IMG/VR virus record: IMGVR_UViG_3300021579_000010
Coordinates: 1-51,412 of that record
From: a virus
Taxonomy: Duplodnaviria > Caudoviricetes
Strand: one strand, 5' to 3'
DNA: 51,412 nt
Shown here: piece after piece, positions 1 through 9,818 of the stretch
Numbering within the stretch: position 1 is the stretch's first letter
Layout of the letters: each line of letters starts with the position of its first letter
The notes under the pieces: model-generated
The model's database searches: none
What the model was told of the DNA's origin: nothing
The model's input: only the letters and a program-made list of their open reading frames with translations
Made by a program: the position numbers and the translations under genes

Positions 1-13
1 ATATATGGAAGCC
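1..13. repeat. 13-nt terminal repeat ATATATGGAAGCC (left copy); candidate cos cohesive end
   Basis: Identical to 51400..51412; flanks GTGCA/CGCAC show dyad symmetry; genome encodes a lambda GpA-type terminase. Confidence 0.7.
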
Positions 14-93
14 CGCACAAGCACACCTGTAACCACTTTTTTCAAACATGTTGCGCCCTCCCTAAGGCACTTTTGCCCTAATTTAGGGCTTTA

Positions 94-400
94 TTGCCAC
101 CGATTGCCACCGATTGCCCTAGAATTTACTTGTAGAGCAAAGGGTTAACTCATTGATAATCAGTAAATTAGCTATCAACATTGCCACCATTGCCACAAAA
201 TTAGTATAATGATAAATATAAGAATATAGGAAATATATACGAACAGGCACGTATACGTATACGCATATACGCGTATATAGAACTCTTTCCTGTGGCAATG
301 GCAATTGTGGCAAAGGTGGTATCTAACAGACTGGTTTACAACAAATTAACCCTTTGCTCTACCACAATCACTTAAGGCAATGGTGGCAATCGGTGGCAAA
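94..400. repeat. Nested imperfect palindrome of TTGCCAC/GTGGCAA iterons around an AT-rich core; candidate replication origin or cosB-like site
   Basis: TTGCCAC-type copies at 94-120 and 181-196; inverted copies at 292-313 and 376-399; perfect 17-bp inverted repeat 132-148/346-362. Confidence 0.75.
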
Positions 401-466
401 GGTACTTTCAGTTAAACACATCAAAACTAAGTTTAATATGTTAGGTGGAACCTTTTTAGCAACAGA

Positions 467-498
467 TTTGCTTTGTTGCAACACTTTGATTAGCTTTG
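467..498 (+). promoter_or_regulatory. Bacteroidota housekeeping-sigma promoter (-33 TTTG, -7 TAGCTTTG)
   Basis: TTTG 467-470, 20-nt spacer, TAnnTTTG 491-498, upstream of ORF 515. Confidence 0.65.
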
Positions 499-514
499 TT
501 GCAAATTCGATTTT

Positions 515-871
515 ATGAGGGAATCAGGGTACTATTGGGTAAAGCTTGTGGGTGAATCAAATTGGTCTGTCGCATTTTATGACAATGGGTTTTCCACAAA
601 AGAAGGTATGCATCAGATTTGTGATGCCCGAATACTCACTCCTGATGAAGAAAATCCGCTTCTCAAAGCACAAGCCATTCTTGATTCTATGCTAAGTGCC
701 AAAGCCTTTGTTGTGAATTTCCTTGGCGAAGATTTTCCAAAACCTGTTTTCCCAGATGGTTACATTCCAGGGTTCACTGAATATGTGAAAGTTGCCTACC
801 CAACAGGTACAACGCCTATGGACATCAAAGTTAAGCACTACATAAACTTTGTCAATGGCCTTACTCACTAA
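515..871 (+). CDS. Hypothetical protein
   Basis: 118-aa ORF after a promoter, overlapping terS. Confidence 0.7.
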   Translation: MRESGYYWVKLVGESNWSVAFYDNGFSTKEGMHQICDARILTPDEENPLLKAQAILDSMLSAKAFVVNFLGEDFPKPVFPDGYIPGFTEYVKVAYPTGTTPMDIKVKHYINFVNGLTH

Positions 872-1541
872 AGCAGAGTTCTGCATCAAGATAGGCTGGC
901 TCAAAGAGAATGCCAAGGGCGAGATGAAACCTGAGACCAATAAACTCTCGGTAATGACCAACCCTAAACGCAGAAAAGTAATCTTGACAGAGGATGACAT
1001 GATTGATACGGAGCATCCGACTAACAAGGCATTTATGGCTAAGGTGTCAGGTGTGGTTCCTAAAAAAACCAACAATAAGGAAACTTTGAAAGCACCTAAG
1101 CCCGAAACTTCGAAAGCACCTAAGCAGGAAATACCAAAATCACCTAAAACCGAAACGCCAAAAGCAGAACAAGACGATGAACCAGAGCTAGATGAAGACG
1201 GTATTATGCCACTTCACGTAAGCGATAAGCTCTGGAACCATAGCAGGGCTTTGAAAGTACAAAGCGAGGCAATACTAGCAAAGGTAAAAGTTGAGAAAGA
1301 GAGTGGCACATTGATACCCACAGACTTGATAATCCCTCTATTCCAGACCCACAGCCAACAGATATTGGTGGCAATGAGCAATATGGTTGAAGATGCCCTG
1401 CGGGTTATGTGTAAAAAATATGACATTTCCATAGAGGATAGAGCAGAAATTAAGGGAAACTGGACACTAATAATCAACAAAACCCTTGAAAATGCAAAAG
1501 AAGGTACAAAAAAGCAGTTAAAAACATTATTAGCGTCATGA
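849..1541 (+). CDS. terS: Terminase small subunit (lambda Nu1-like)
   Basis: Upstream of terL; PK/ET-rich linker; Nu1-like 'KVEKESGTLIP' segment and helical C-terminus. Confidence 0.75.
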   Translation: MSMALLTKAEFCIKIGWLKENAKGEMKPETNKLSVMTNPKRRKVILTEDDMIDTEHPTNKAFMAKVSGVVPKKTNNKETLKAPKPETSKAPKQEIPKSPKTETPKAEQDDEPELDEDGIMPLHVSDKLWNHSRALKVQSEAILAKVKVEKESGTLIPTDLIIPLFQTHSQQILVAMSNMVEDALRVMCKKYDISIEDRAEIKGNWTLIINKTLENAKEGTKKQLKTLLAS

Positions 1542-1750
1542 TAGACCAAAACCACCCACTCAAACTAGCCGGCTTCACGGATGAAGCAATTACCGAGCTT
1601 GACAACCTGTATGACAGTAGGCCGCCCATGCTCACACGAGAGCAGTTCTATCTAGGCACGATAGCCCAATTTTCCGGCAAAATGATGCCTACACCAGGGT
1701 ATGTACCCGATTTATCCAAGAAGGAATTTGTAGAATTTGAGGAAAAGTGA
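1538..1750 (+). CDS. Hypothetical protein
   Basis: 70 aa; ATGA/GTGA overlaps with both neighbours. Confidence 0.65.
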   Translation: MIDQNHPLKLAGFTDEAITELDNLYDSRPPMLTREQFYLGTIAQFSGKMMPTPGYVPDLSKKEFVEFEEK

Positions 1751-3789
1751 TTGATGCCAACTACGACATAGAAAATGTAATAGCACAACTTGAAAGGATA
1801 CTCGATTCCGACAAGACTGCGCTATCTACAATTAAACCATCCGAATGGGTGGAGGCAAACCTGATTATGGAAGAGCCCTTTCCTGGGCCATATAGGTACA
1901 GCCTCACACCCTATTGCCGTGAAATCATAGACTGTTGGGCTACGGACCATCCGATGCTCTGGATAGCTATTATGAAGGGTGCGCAGATAGGCCTGTCATC
2001 AGGTGTCATAATACCTTCAATCGTGTGGTCAATAGCCAAAGACCCCTGCCGAATGCTGTTCACGGTAGGCTCGCCAGCCCTGATAGAGAAAGCCATGGAA
2101 AAGCTGGACAAGGCTATCTTTGGTGCCGGTGTAAAGTCTTTGATAGCTGACCAAAGTAATCGTAAGAAGAACCAGAAATCAGGTGATACCGATACCAAGA
2201 AAAGTTTTCCTGGTGGCTTCGTTGAAATATTCAACGCAGGTAACCCGAACCTGTTCAGGGATACCTCGCACAGGAAATTCTGGCTAGATGACTTTGAAGC
2301 AGTGCGCACCAGCAGTAAGAGCGCAGGTTCTACTAGGAAGGTGGCAGAGATGCGAGCAGCTGCATATGAGAACCGGCACAAGCTGGCATATGTCAGCACA
2401 CCGGAGTTAGCGGAGAACTCCAACATTGAAGAAGCATACTTACTTGGTGACCAGAGGAAGTATTACATCCCATGTCCGTGCTGTGGTGCGTTAATAGATT
2501 TGCACTGGTCTATTGAGAAAAATGGGATACAGGGTGGCATCGTCTGGGAGTGGAGTGATGAGGATATGAACGCACTTAAACCAGGTTCGGTGAAATACAG
2601 GTGCCAGGAGTGCGGTGATGCTTTCAACGATAAGACCAAGGATGCCCTGCTGAATGCAGGTAAGTGGATACCTACAGCACAACCAAGTAAGCCGGGGTAT
2701 TATAGTTATCACATAAGTTGCCTCTATGCACCAACAGGGTTCTATGGGTGGGAGAAGTATGTGTACGATTACCTAGAGGCCTGCCCAAGAAATCAGCCAC
2801 GTAAAGAGGCTTTGTATCAATCCTTCGTTAACACGGTATTAGGTCTTACCTACAAACCACCTACCGAGAACCTGGATGCTTCCAAGATTGCAGGTAATAT
2901 TGCAGACTATGAGCCGGGTGTAGTGCCTGACAGCCTCAGCGTAGAACACGGAAATGGCCACATAGTGATGCTCACATGTGGTGCTGACTTGAATGGTAAA
3001 ATGAAAGGCTCACAGCATAACGTGAATGATGCAAGGCTGGATTATGAGGTGGTAGCGCACTCTGAATCAGGTGCCACATACTCCATACTCCAAGGCAGCA
3101 TAGGTACATTCAAACCACTTGGCGGTAATGAAGGTGAGGACAGGGTGATTTGGTCATATGAGCAGGACGTGGAGAACTCTGTCTGGCCGGAGTTCGAGAA
3201 AATACTGAAACGTGAGTTCCCGATAGATTCAGGTGGTACAATACCAATAGCTGTTACCCTGCTTGACTGCTCGGCTTATGCCACTACAGCAGCATATCCA
3301 TTTTTGGAACGCACCAACTGCTATGTGGTAGGTGTGAAGGGCGAAAAAGAAGAAGAGTACAAGTACCTCGGAAGGAACACTAGATTTGTTAAGCCATCCA
3401 TGGAGCGACCCAAGGACTTGTGGATATTACAGGTAGGTCTGCTTAAAGACAGGAATGCAGAGTATATGGCTTTGAACCACGACAAGAAAACAAAGCAGCC
3501 TGACGGCTTTATGAATTTTCCGCATCCATCAAACAGGATGTATGAGTATGCCACATACTTCCAGCACTTCGAGGCAGAAGAGAAAAGGGTAATCAACAAA
3601 GATGGCAAAACATACTACAGGTGGGTTAAGAAAAACTCCGAGGTACAGAACCACTTCCTAGACTGCCGTGTGTACAACTTGGCAGGTAAGGAAATAATGA
3701 TGGCTATCTACGATAAGGAAACAGATGACCGCAGCAAGGTCAAAGGGGATTGGAGGGCTTTTGCTAAGATACTGGCAGAGGCAATATAA
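1747..3789 (+). CDS. terL: Terminase large subunit, lambda GpA family
   Basis: 'TPYCREI', Walker A 'MKGAQIGLS', 'STP', CPCC..CQEC zinc motif, C-terminal 'NHFLDCRVY'. Confidence 0.95.
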   Translation: MIDANYDIENVIAQLERILDSDKTALSTIKPSEWVEANLIMEEPFPGPYRYSLTPYCREIIDCWATDHPMLWIAIMKGAQIGLSSGVIIPSIVWSIAKDPCRMLFTVGSPALIEKAMEKLDKAIFGAGVKSLIADQSNRKKNQKSGDTDTKKSFPGGFVEIFNAGNPNLFRDTSHRKFWLDDFEAVRTSSKSAGSTRKVAEMRAAAYENRHKLAYVSTPELAENSNIEEAYLLGDQRKYYIPCPCCGALIDLHWSIEKNGIQGGIVWEWSDEDMNALKPGSVKYRCQECGDAFNDKTKDALLNAGKWIPTAQPSKPGYYSYHISCLYAPTGFYGWEKYVYDYLEACPRNQPRKEALYQSFVNTVLGLTYKPPTENLDASKIAGNIADYEPGVVPDSLSVEHGNGHIVMLTCGADLNGKMKGSQHNVNDARLDYEVVAHSESGATYSILQGSIGTFKPLGGNEGEDRVIWSYEQDVENSVWPEFEKILKREFPIDSGGTIPIAVTLLDCSAYATTAAYPFLERTNCYVVGVKGEKEEEYKYLGRNTRFVKPSMERPKDLWILQVGLLKDRNAEYMALNHDKKTKQPDGFMNFPHPSNRMYEYATYFQHFEAEEKRVINKDGKTYYRWVKKNSEVQNHFLDCRVYNLAGKEIMMAIYDKETDDRSKVKGDWRAFAKILAEAI

Positions 3790-3815
3790 CTCTATTTAAC
3801 TCTATTTAGCACTAT
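3783..3815 (+). promoter_or_regulatory. 33-bp element upstream of the tail operon (copy 1); putative late promoter/activator site
   Basis: AATATAACTCTATTTAACTCTATTTAGCACTAT, identical to 18654-18686. Confidence 0.7.
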
Positions 3816-3865
3816 CCAAAAAAGAATTTTTAAAACATTCATACTTTGCGGCAAAATACAATAAC

Positions 3866-5407
3866 ATGGGTAATAGTGCTGTACCGAGTAATTATGTAAC
3901 ATCTGTCTTAGGGTATGTGTTACAAAAGGGCTTTTTCAATCCAAGCTCACCGAACTTACCACAGAACATAAGCATCTTAGGTGAAGCGAACCATGCCAAT
4001 CAATCAGGCCTTGTACTCACAGGTACAATCATAACTTCTACTAAGCAGGCTGCTACACTTTACGGATATGGTTCACCTATCTACTCTGTTTGCCGCATCC
4101 TTTTCAACAATAATTGTACAGTTCCTGTCACTGTTTACCCACAGCTTGAAGCTGGTGGTTCTGTAGCTAAAGTGATTACGGTCACTCCTACAGGCACAGC
4201 CACGGCAAATGGCACAGTGAATTTTTGTGTATCAGGCCGTGAACAGGTTGACAGTCAATCCTACTCAATTAACGTAGTTATAGGTGATGACCCGACAGCT
4301 ATTTGCGATAAAATGCGCACTGCGTTTGCAGCCGTATTAGGTTGCCCACTTATAGGCTCAGGTACATCAACTTTTATCGGAACTGCAAAATGGCAGGGTC
4401 TTACAAGCAATGACATAAACATTGTTGTAGATATGCCAGCTACATCAATCGGTGTAACTTTCGCTGTGGTTAATACTACTGCCGGTGCTGGTACACCTTC
4501 TATTGGAAGTGGTACCGGTGCTACTACAGGCTTGGATTTCTTTGGTAACGCATGGAACACCATTGTTATCAATACTTATGGCCTTGTTGCGGGTACACTT
4601 ACGTCTTTGGAATCCTACAATGGTGTTCCTGATGAAACGAATCCTACCGGTCAGTATGCTGGTATCATAATGAGGCCATTACTGGCTTTATCAGGTACTA
4701 AGTTAGATGACCCTACTTCGATAACTGTTAACCACAGTACCCAAGTAACTGTGGTAACATGTCCAGCCCCTTTAACCTTAGGTATGCCTTATGAGGCTGC
4801 TGCTAACGTGGCAGTCCTCTGGGCTAAAACAGCACAGGATACCCCACACGGTGATATTCAAGGTCAAGCATATCCAGATATGCCAGGTCCTGATGTTGCA
4901 GTTAATCCTTCAATGTCAAGTGTGGCATTCAGGCAGTACTGTGTGACCCGTGGCTGCTCCACAGTGAATTTTCAATCAGGAAACGGCACACCTGGAACAG
5001 GTACATACACAATGGTGGATTTTGTCACTACATACAATGTATCCGGTGAGTTCCCTCCGTTCTACCAATACCCACGTACATTGAACATACACTTCAATTA
5101 CAAGTTCGGGTATTACCTGAAACAGTTGGAAACCTGCGAGGGTAAAGCACTGGTACCGGATACAAGTATTGTACGTGTAGGCAATGTAGTTAAACCTCTT
5201 ACATGGAGGGCTGTGCTAGAGCAGTACAATCTTGACTGTGAAAGCAGGGCTTTGATTGTGAATGCTGCTGCCAATAATAAATTAATTTCTGTAACAATCA
5301 ACAATTCCAACCCTAACAGGATGGACACTGAAGAGCCTATACAGATTTCAGGTTATGGCAGGATTTTCTCTACCGCAGTAAAAGGCGGGTTTTTCTTTGG
5401 CAATTAA
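3866..5407 (+). CDS. Tail sheath protein (Mu gpL-like)
   Basis: 513 aa; 'AATLYGYGSP', 'GTATANGT', C-terminal 'NPNRMD' typical of Mu-like sheaths. Confidence 0.9.
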   Translation: MGNSAVPSNYVTSVLGYVLQKGFFNPSSPNLPQNISILGEANHANQSGLVLTGTIITSTKQAATLYGYGSPIYSVCRILFNNNCTVPVTVYPQLEAGGSVAKVITVTPTGTATANGTVNFCVSGREQVDSQSYSINVVIGDDPTAICDKMRTAFAAVLGCPLIGSGTSTFIGTAKWQGLTSNDINIVVDMPATSIGVTFAVVNTTAGAGTPSIGSGTGATTGLDFFGNAWNTIVINTYGLVAGTLTSLESYNGVPDETNPTGQYAGIIMRPLLALSGTKLDDPTSITVNHSTQVTVVTCPAPLTLGMPYEAAANVAVLWAKTAQDTPHGDIQGQAYPDMPGPDVAVNPSMSSVAFRQYCVTRGCSTVNFQSGNGTPGTGTYTMVDFVTTYNVSGEFPPFYQYPRTLNIHFNYKFGYYLKQLETCEGKALVPDTSIVRVGNVVKPLTWRAVLEQYNLDCESRALIVNAAANNKLISVTINNSNPNRMDTEEPIQISGYGRIFSTAVKGGFFFGN

Positions 5408-5420
5408 ATAAATAATTTAT

Positions 5421-5813
5421 ATGGCAATTTTAGCGGCTGGTGATATAAGGGAGATAACAGCAAATAACCCTGATGTAGGGATTATTTTCTTTGACCCGGT
5501 ATCCGGTGAAGATAACCAGATTGATGTCGGTGGCCTCCGTGCTGATGACACAAAAGCTGTTACCAGTTCAGGTACGCTTATCAACTCTTACAAGAGAGTG
5601 GTGGCTATGACTGAGATACTTGTGGCTGCTGACACATACCCTGATGCTGTGGCGATTGCAGGCAGTACCAAGGAAACAGTATGGACTATAGCCATGTTAA
5701 ATGGTACAGTCTACAAGGGCGCAGGTGTTATCCAGGGTGACCTTGCAGCGTCATTGTATAAAGGCACTTATAAGCTGTCAATTGTTTCAGGTTTAGGTTT
5801 TGTAATTCAGTAA
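5421..5813 (+). CDS. Tail tube protein
   Basis: 130 aa, beta-rich, directly after the sheath. Confidence 0.8.
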   Translation: MAILAAGDIREITANNPDVGIIFFDPVSGEDNQIDVGGLRADDTKAVTSSGTLINSYKRVVAMTEILVAADTYPDAVAIAGSTKETVWTIAMLNGTVYKGAGVIQGDLAASLYKGTYKLSIVSGLGFVIQ

Positions 5814-5817
5814 TCAT

Positions 5818-6213
5818 ATGTTCGTAGAAAAAATCACACCAGAGTTGGCACTTAAAGAAGCCAACGACTATGCGGATAAAAAGAATTTGCTCCCAAGCCG
5901 CAGAGCAATGTTACAACCAGCAGTAAACACGCTGGCAGAGGCTATTCAATACGGTATTTGCGCCATACTTGATGACGGTTCTATATCGCACGTCTTAGTA
6001 AGTCCTGTGTTAAGCCTGACCACAATAGACTACAAGCCAAGGCTAAAACCTTTGGACGTTAAAAATGAAATAGCCAAAATAAAACAGGATAGCATCAGTG
6101 ACCGTACAGGTGTTTACCTTAAGCTGCTTACAGGGCTTACGGTAACAGAGATTAATTCATTGGAACCAACTGATAGCAGCATAGCTGAGGCGATTTCCCT
6201 TTTTTTCTGGTAA
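5818..6213 (+). CDS. Tail assembly chaperone (G / P2 gpE-like)
   Basis: Between tube and tape measure; 'LTGLTVTEINSLEPTD'; ends in slippery T TTT TTC. Confidence 0.85.
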   Translation: MFVEKITPELALKEANDYADKKNLLPSRRAMLQPAVNTLAEAIQYGICAILDDGSISHVLVSPVLSLTTIDYKPRLKPLDVKNEIAKIKQDSISDRTGVYLKLLTGLTVTEINSLEPTDSSIAEAISLFFW

Positions 6214-6407
6214 CTGATAAACAGGGAAGGGATTTATCTATTTGCCAAGGTGATACAGGAATCGAGGACAACATTAAAAACATAGTAAGAGTATATGTAG
6301 AGCATTTCAAGGTGGAGCCTTCCGTGATAGGGAGGCTTTTTTGGGATAGGGAGGACTGGGATGGTTTAGTATTCTGGTATGACCACATAAAAGATATTAA
6401 AAAGTAA
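6201..6407 (+). CDS. -1 frameshift extension of the tail chaperone (GT / gpE'-like); not in the ORF track
   Basis: -1 frame open from TTTTTTC (6201-6207): FFLVTDKQGR...HFKVEPSVIGRLFWD..LVFWYDHIKDIKK*; its TAA overlaps the TMP ATG. Confidence 0.8.
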   Translation, partial: FFLVTDKQGRDLSICQGDTGIEDNIKNIVRVYVEHFKVEPSVIGRLFWDREDWDGLVFWYDHIKDIKK

Positions 6408-8287
6408 TGGCGCAACCTAATGTATTACAGACGTACTTCACAGCCGTAGACTTAATGTCAGGGCCGATGTCTCGTATGCAGCTAGGTCTGATGAAAATGA
6501 CTGCCTCAGCACATCAGTTACAGACAGCAATGGCGAGTACGAATGCCACGCTGATGTCTGTAGGCACTTCTGCGCTCATGACAGGCGCAGCCATAGCAAT
6601 ACCACTCGGATTGGCAGCTAATGAGGCTATGAAGTTTGAGAAAGCCATGGGTAATGTAGCTACCCTGGTGGACACCACGAAAGAGAGTATGCAGCAAATG
6701 GGCGATGAGGTGCTGAATATTGCCAAGCAGATGCCCGTACCAATCCACGACCTTACTACAGCTTTATATCAAATCAGAAGTGCCGGTGTTCCTGCGGAGA
6801 AAGCAATGGAAACACTTAATGCTTCAGCTATGTTGGCTACAGCAGGTTTGGGGGAAACCCGTGAGGCAGCGAACATGATAACCTCCGTTCTTGTGGATTT
6901 CAAAAATGAGGGTCTTAATGCTGCTGCTGTAGCAGATATACTTTTTAAGGCTGTTAAGAACGGTAAAACTACAGTGGCTCAAATGGCACCTGAATTTGGT
7001 AAGGTGGCACTTGCAGCAGCAGAGGTAGGGGTATCATTCAAAGAACTCATAGCTATGACTGCGGCCATCACCAACACAGGTGTGCAGACAGCAGAGGCAC
7101 AAACGGAAATAACAGGTGCGCTTATAGCCATGAATAAGCGTACTGCCGAGATGATAGATATACAGGAAAAGCTGTCAGGCACTATGGGTATATCCGGTAC
7201 AGAGTTCCTGCAATGGGCTGGCGGTGCTGTAGGTGCCATGAAAATGGTAAGCGACTACGCAGCATCCCACAGGCTTGACTTGTTCCACATCTACGGACGT
7301 AAAGAAGGTGCTTTGGCATCAGGTGCAATTATTAAAATGCAGAAGGAGAAGTTTGACGAACTTTATTCAACCATAATGCACGGTAATGCTATTCAGGATG
7401 CTTTCAACAAGCAGAACGAAACGGCAGCAGCAGCCATGCAAAAAGCTACAAGCCAACTCACGATATTAGGCATCCGCATAGGTGGCATCCTATTACCAGC
7501 ACTTGTAAAAGTAGGTGATGTCTTACTACCTGTGATAGAAGGGATTGGTAATTTTGCTAGGGAACACCGTGACCTTACAGCAATTATAGTAGGTAGTATA
7601 TCTATTTTCTCACTACTAGCCCTCACAATAGGTTCTGTAAGTCTAGCCATGAGTACCATGATTAAGGGTGCGGTTATGTGGAAAATGGTTATGGGGGGTT
7701 ACGCAATGCTCATGAATCGTGCTACATCTGCGCTTGTGGGTTTTTATATGGCTGTAGATGTAGGTTCAATCACGATATTAAGTGCTTTAGGTACTTTGGG
7801 GCTATATGTGGCTGCTATAGGTGCGTTAGCGGCAATGTTTGGCGGTAAATTGTATGACAACACAAAGCAGTATGATAAGCTGTTAGTCCAGACCAAAGAT
7901 GGCATGAAGGATTTGGTAAAACCTACGGAGCAAGCCACTATAGCACTTAATGATTACATAGATACGAAAAACAGATACCAAAAAACACAAAACTTTCAGA
8001 AGTTTTTAGACTATGAAAGATTAAAAGGTGGTGATTTTGCAGCACAAAGGGCCATACTTAAAAACGCTATTTTTTCAGAAGATAGAGATATCGTTTGGAA
8101 CCCTCAGCGTGAAGCACCTAAGCCGTCTGATTTTCCAGGTATTGATACTGTTGCCGCGGCTAAAGCAGATAGCACTATGAATGTGTACGTGAATACCAGC
8201 GTAGATAAAAATGGTAATAGTACAACCACAGTAACTAATAATGCAAACATTCCAATAAATGTAAGGCAAACAGGAGTACCACACTAA
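6407..8287 (+). CDS. Tail tape measure protein (TP901-like core)
   Basis: 626 aa, Ala-rich helical, 'FEKAMGNVAT', 'LYQIRSAG', hydrophobic segments. Confidence 0.92.
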   Translation: MAQPNVLQTYFTAVDLMSGPMSRMQLGLMKMTASAHQLQTAMASTNATLMSVGTSALMTGAAIAIPLGLAANEAMKFEKAMGNVATLVDTTKESMQQMGDEVLNIAKQMPVPIHDLTTALYQIRSAGVPAEKAMETLNASAMLATAGLGETREAANMITSVLVDFKNEGLNAAAVADILFKAVKNGKTTVAQMAPEFGKVALAAAEVGVSFKELIAMTAAITNTGVQTAEAQTEITGALIAMNKRTAEMIDIQEKLSGTMGISGTEFLQWAGGAVGAMKMVSDYAASHRLDLFHIYGRKEGALASGAIIKMQKEKFDELYSTIMHGNAIQDAFNKQNETAAAAMQKATSQLTILGIRIGGILLPALVKVGDVLLPVIEGIGNFAREHRDLTAIIVGSISIFSLLALTIGSVSLAMSTMIKGAVMWKMVMGGYAMLMNRATSALVGFYMAVDVGSITILSALGTLGLYVAAIGALAAMFGGKLYDNTKQYDKLLVQTKDGMKDLVKPTEQATIALNDYIDTKNRYQKTQNFQKFLDYERLKGGDFAAQRAILKNAIFSEDRDIVWNPQREAPKPSDFPGIDTVAAAKADSTMNVYVNTSVDKNGNSTTTVTNNANIPINVRQTGVPH

Positions 8288-8685
8288 TGACGGACGTTCT
8301 AATATATGAAACAGGTAATGGTGGTGACATCATAGTCAAGCAGGGGGCAAATGATGTCACCACTGTGAATGGCTATGAGAACTCACCATATCTTGCCATG
8401 TTCGGTGGTTCAAACTGGTGGGGTAACTACATTGCTACATCTCCATACCTGTGCAAGACTGAAGCCGTACTGAAGAACCTGGTGTTAAACAGTGCAGGGC
8501 TACAGAACCTAGAGAAAGCCATAAACTCCGATTTGGATTATCTGAAGAACATACCCGGCACCACGTACAAGGTGTCCACTAAAATTGAATCACCATCTAG
8601 GCTAGCCATAAATATTGAAATCAACGGAAAAATATTTAGTTACCTTTGGAATCCTGATAGCATGTTTTTAACTTATTCAGTATGA
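8287..8685 (+). CDS. Baseplate protein (Mu gp46-like)
   Basis: 'LAMFGG..WWGN', 'DLDYLK'; precedes baseplate J. Confidence 0.7.
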   Translation: MTDVLIYETGNGGDIIVKQGANDVTTVNGYENSPYLAMFGGSNWWGNYIATSPYLCKTEAVLKNLVLNSAGLQNLEKAINSDLDYLKNIPGTTYKVSTKIESPSRLAINIEINGKIFSYLWNPDSMFLTYSV

Positions 8686-9818
8686 CAACCATACCCACCA
8701 TATCGACCTTAAAGAGTAACCTGATTTCTGACTTTAACGCGGAGTTTGACATTAGTGTGAACCCTTACGGTAAGGCTTTCCTTGAAGCCCTTGCCACTGT
8801 GCTTGCTGGTATGTTGTGGATATGTTACACAGCTATAGGGTTTGTGCAGGGTAACCTATGGGTGGATACATGTGATTATGAAACACTTATCAGGTTCGGG
8901 TATATCATACTCGCCAGATACCCTAATGAGGCTATAGCCGGGCAGTACACATGCACTGTTACAGGTACTACGGGCGCAGTGATACCTAATGCCACTGTAT
9001 GGGCTGCTGATAGCACAAGCACTTCGCCAGGGCAATTGTTCACCATCCTTGGCGGGGCTTATACAATGCCCGGAACTACCGGCACAATTACGATACAGGC
9101 CTTATCAGGTGGTTTATCATCCAGGTTGTCTGTAGGTGACACACTGACCTCACAGGCACCCATACTCAATGTTAGCAACAACCTTACTGTCACGGTTGAA
9201 GTTTTAGCACCTATCAACGCTGAAACCGAAGCTCAGTACAGACAAGCCGTAATAAATAAAATCCAGCTTACTCCCGGTTCTTGGTCAGCAGTTGATTACC
9301 GTCTGGTGGGTGCCGGGGTAGCTGGTGTCTATAACACATATGCGTATGCTACATCAGGTGCATCTAATGAGGCATCGGTGTTTTTACAAGGTCCTATCCC
9401 ACTCGCATATCCGGGACCCTCAGTAAGTGGAACCGTGCTTACCAATTATGAAACAGCACTTGAACTGGTAAGACCCATGACAGTGTTCCTTGTGAACTAC
9501 TATAGCAGCCCAATCAATAACATTGATGTCACGATAGTGATGGGTGGATTTCCAGCATTCACAACAGCACAGAAAGCACTGATAAGTTCTGCACTGACAA
9601 GTTTTGTAAATAGTGTTCACCCGTTTATACTAGCGTGTGATAATATTTCAGACAGGAATGATACAATAGCCACATACAACCTGAGTAGCACAATATCTGC
9701 TGCTGTACCGGGTTATGGGTTTAGTGCAGTGACATTCACGGTAGCAGGTACACCAGCCACGCTTTGGCTCGCTGACTTAGGTAATATACCATATTTAAAC
9801 TCAATTACGTATGCTTAG
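8682..9818 (+). CDS. Baseplate J / Mu gp47-like wedge protein
   Basis: 'TVTGTTGAVIP', 'AETEAQYRQ', 'GSWSAVDY', 'AGV'. Confidence 0.9.
   Translation: MTTIPTISTLKSNLISDFNAEFDISVNPYGKAFLEALATVLAGMLWICYTAIGFVQGNLWVDTCDYETLIRFGYIILARYPNEAIAGQYTCTVTGTTGAVIPNATVWAADSTSTSPGQLFTILGGAYTMPGTTGTITIQALSGGLSSRLSVGDTLTSQAPILNVSNNLTVTVEVLAPINAETEAQYRQAVINKIQLTPGSWSAVDYRLVGAGVAGVYNTYAYATSGASNEASVFLQGPIPLAYPGPSVSGTVLTNYETALELVRPMTVFLVNYYSSPINNIDVTIVMGGFPAFTTAQKALISSALTSFVNSVHPFILACDNISDRNDTIATYNLSSTISAAVPGYGFSAVTFTVAGTPATLWLADLGNIPYLNSITYA

Noticed and set aside
119-313. 64-aa minus-strand ORF
   Set aside because: Lies inside the palindromic repeat region and has low-complexity translation; probably spurious.
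1088-1166. KAPK/ETPK repeats in TerS as a separate repeat element
   Set aside because: Ordinary low-complexity linker within a coding sequence.
6152-6415. 87-aa minus-strand ORF in the chaperone-TMP gap
   Set aside because: The gap is explained by the -1 frameshift extension on the plus strand.
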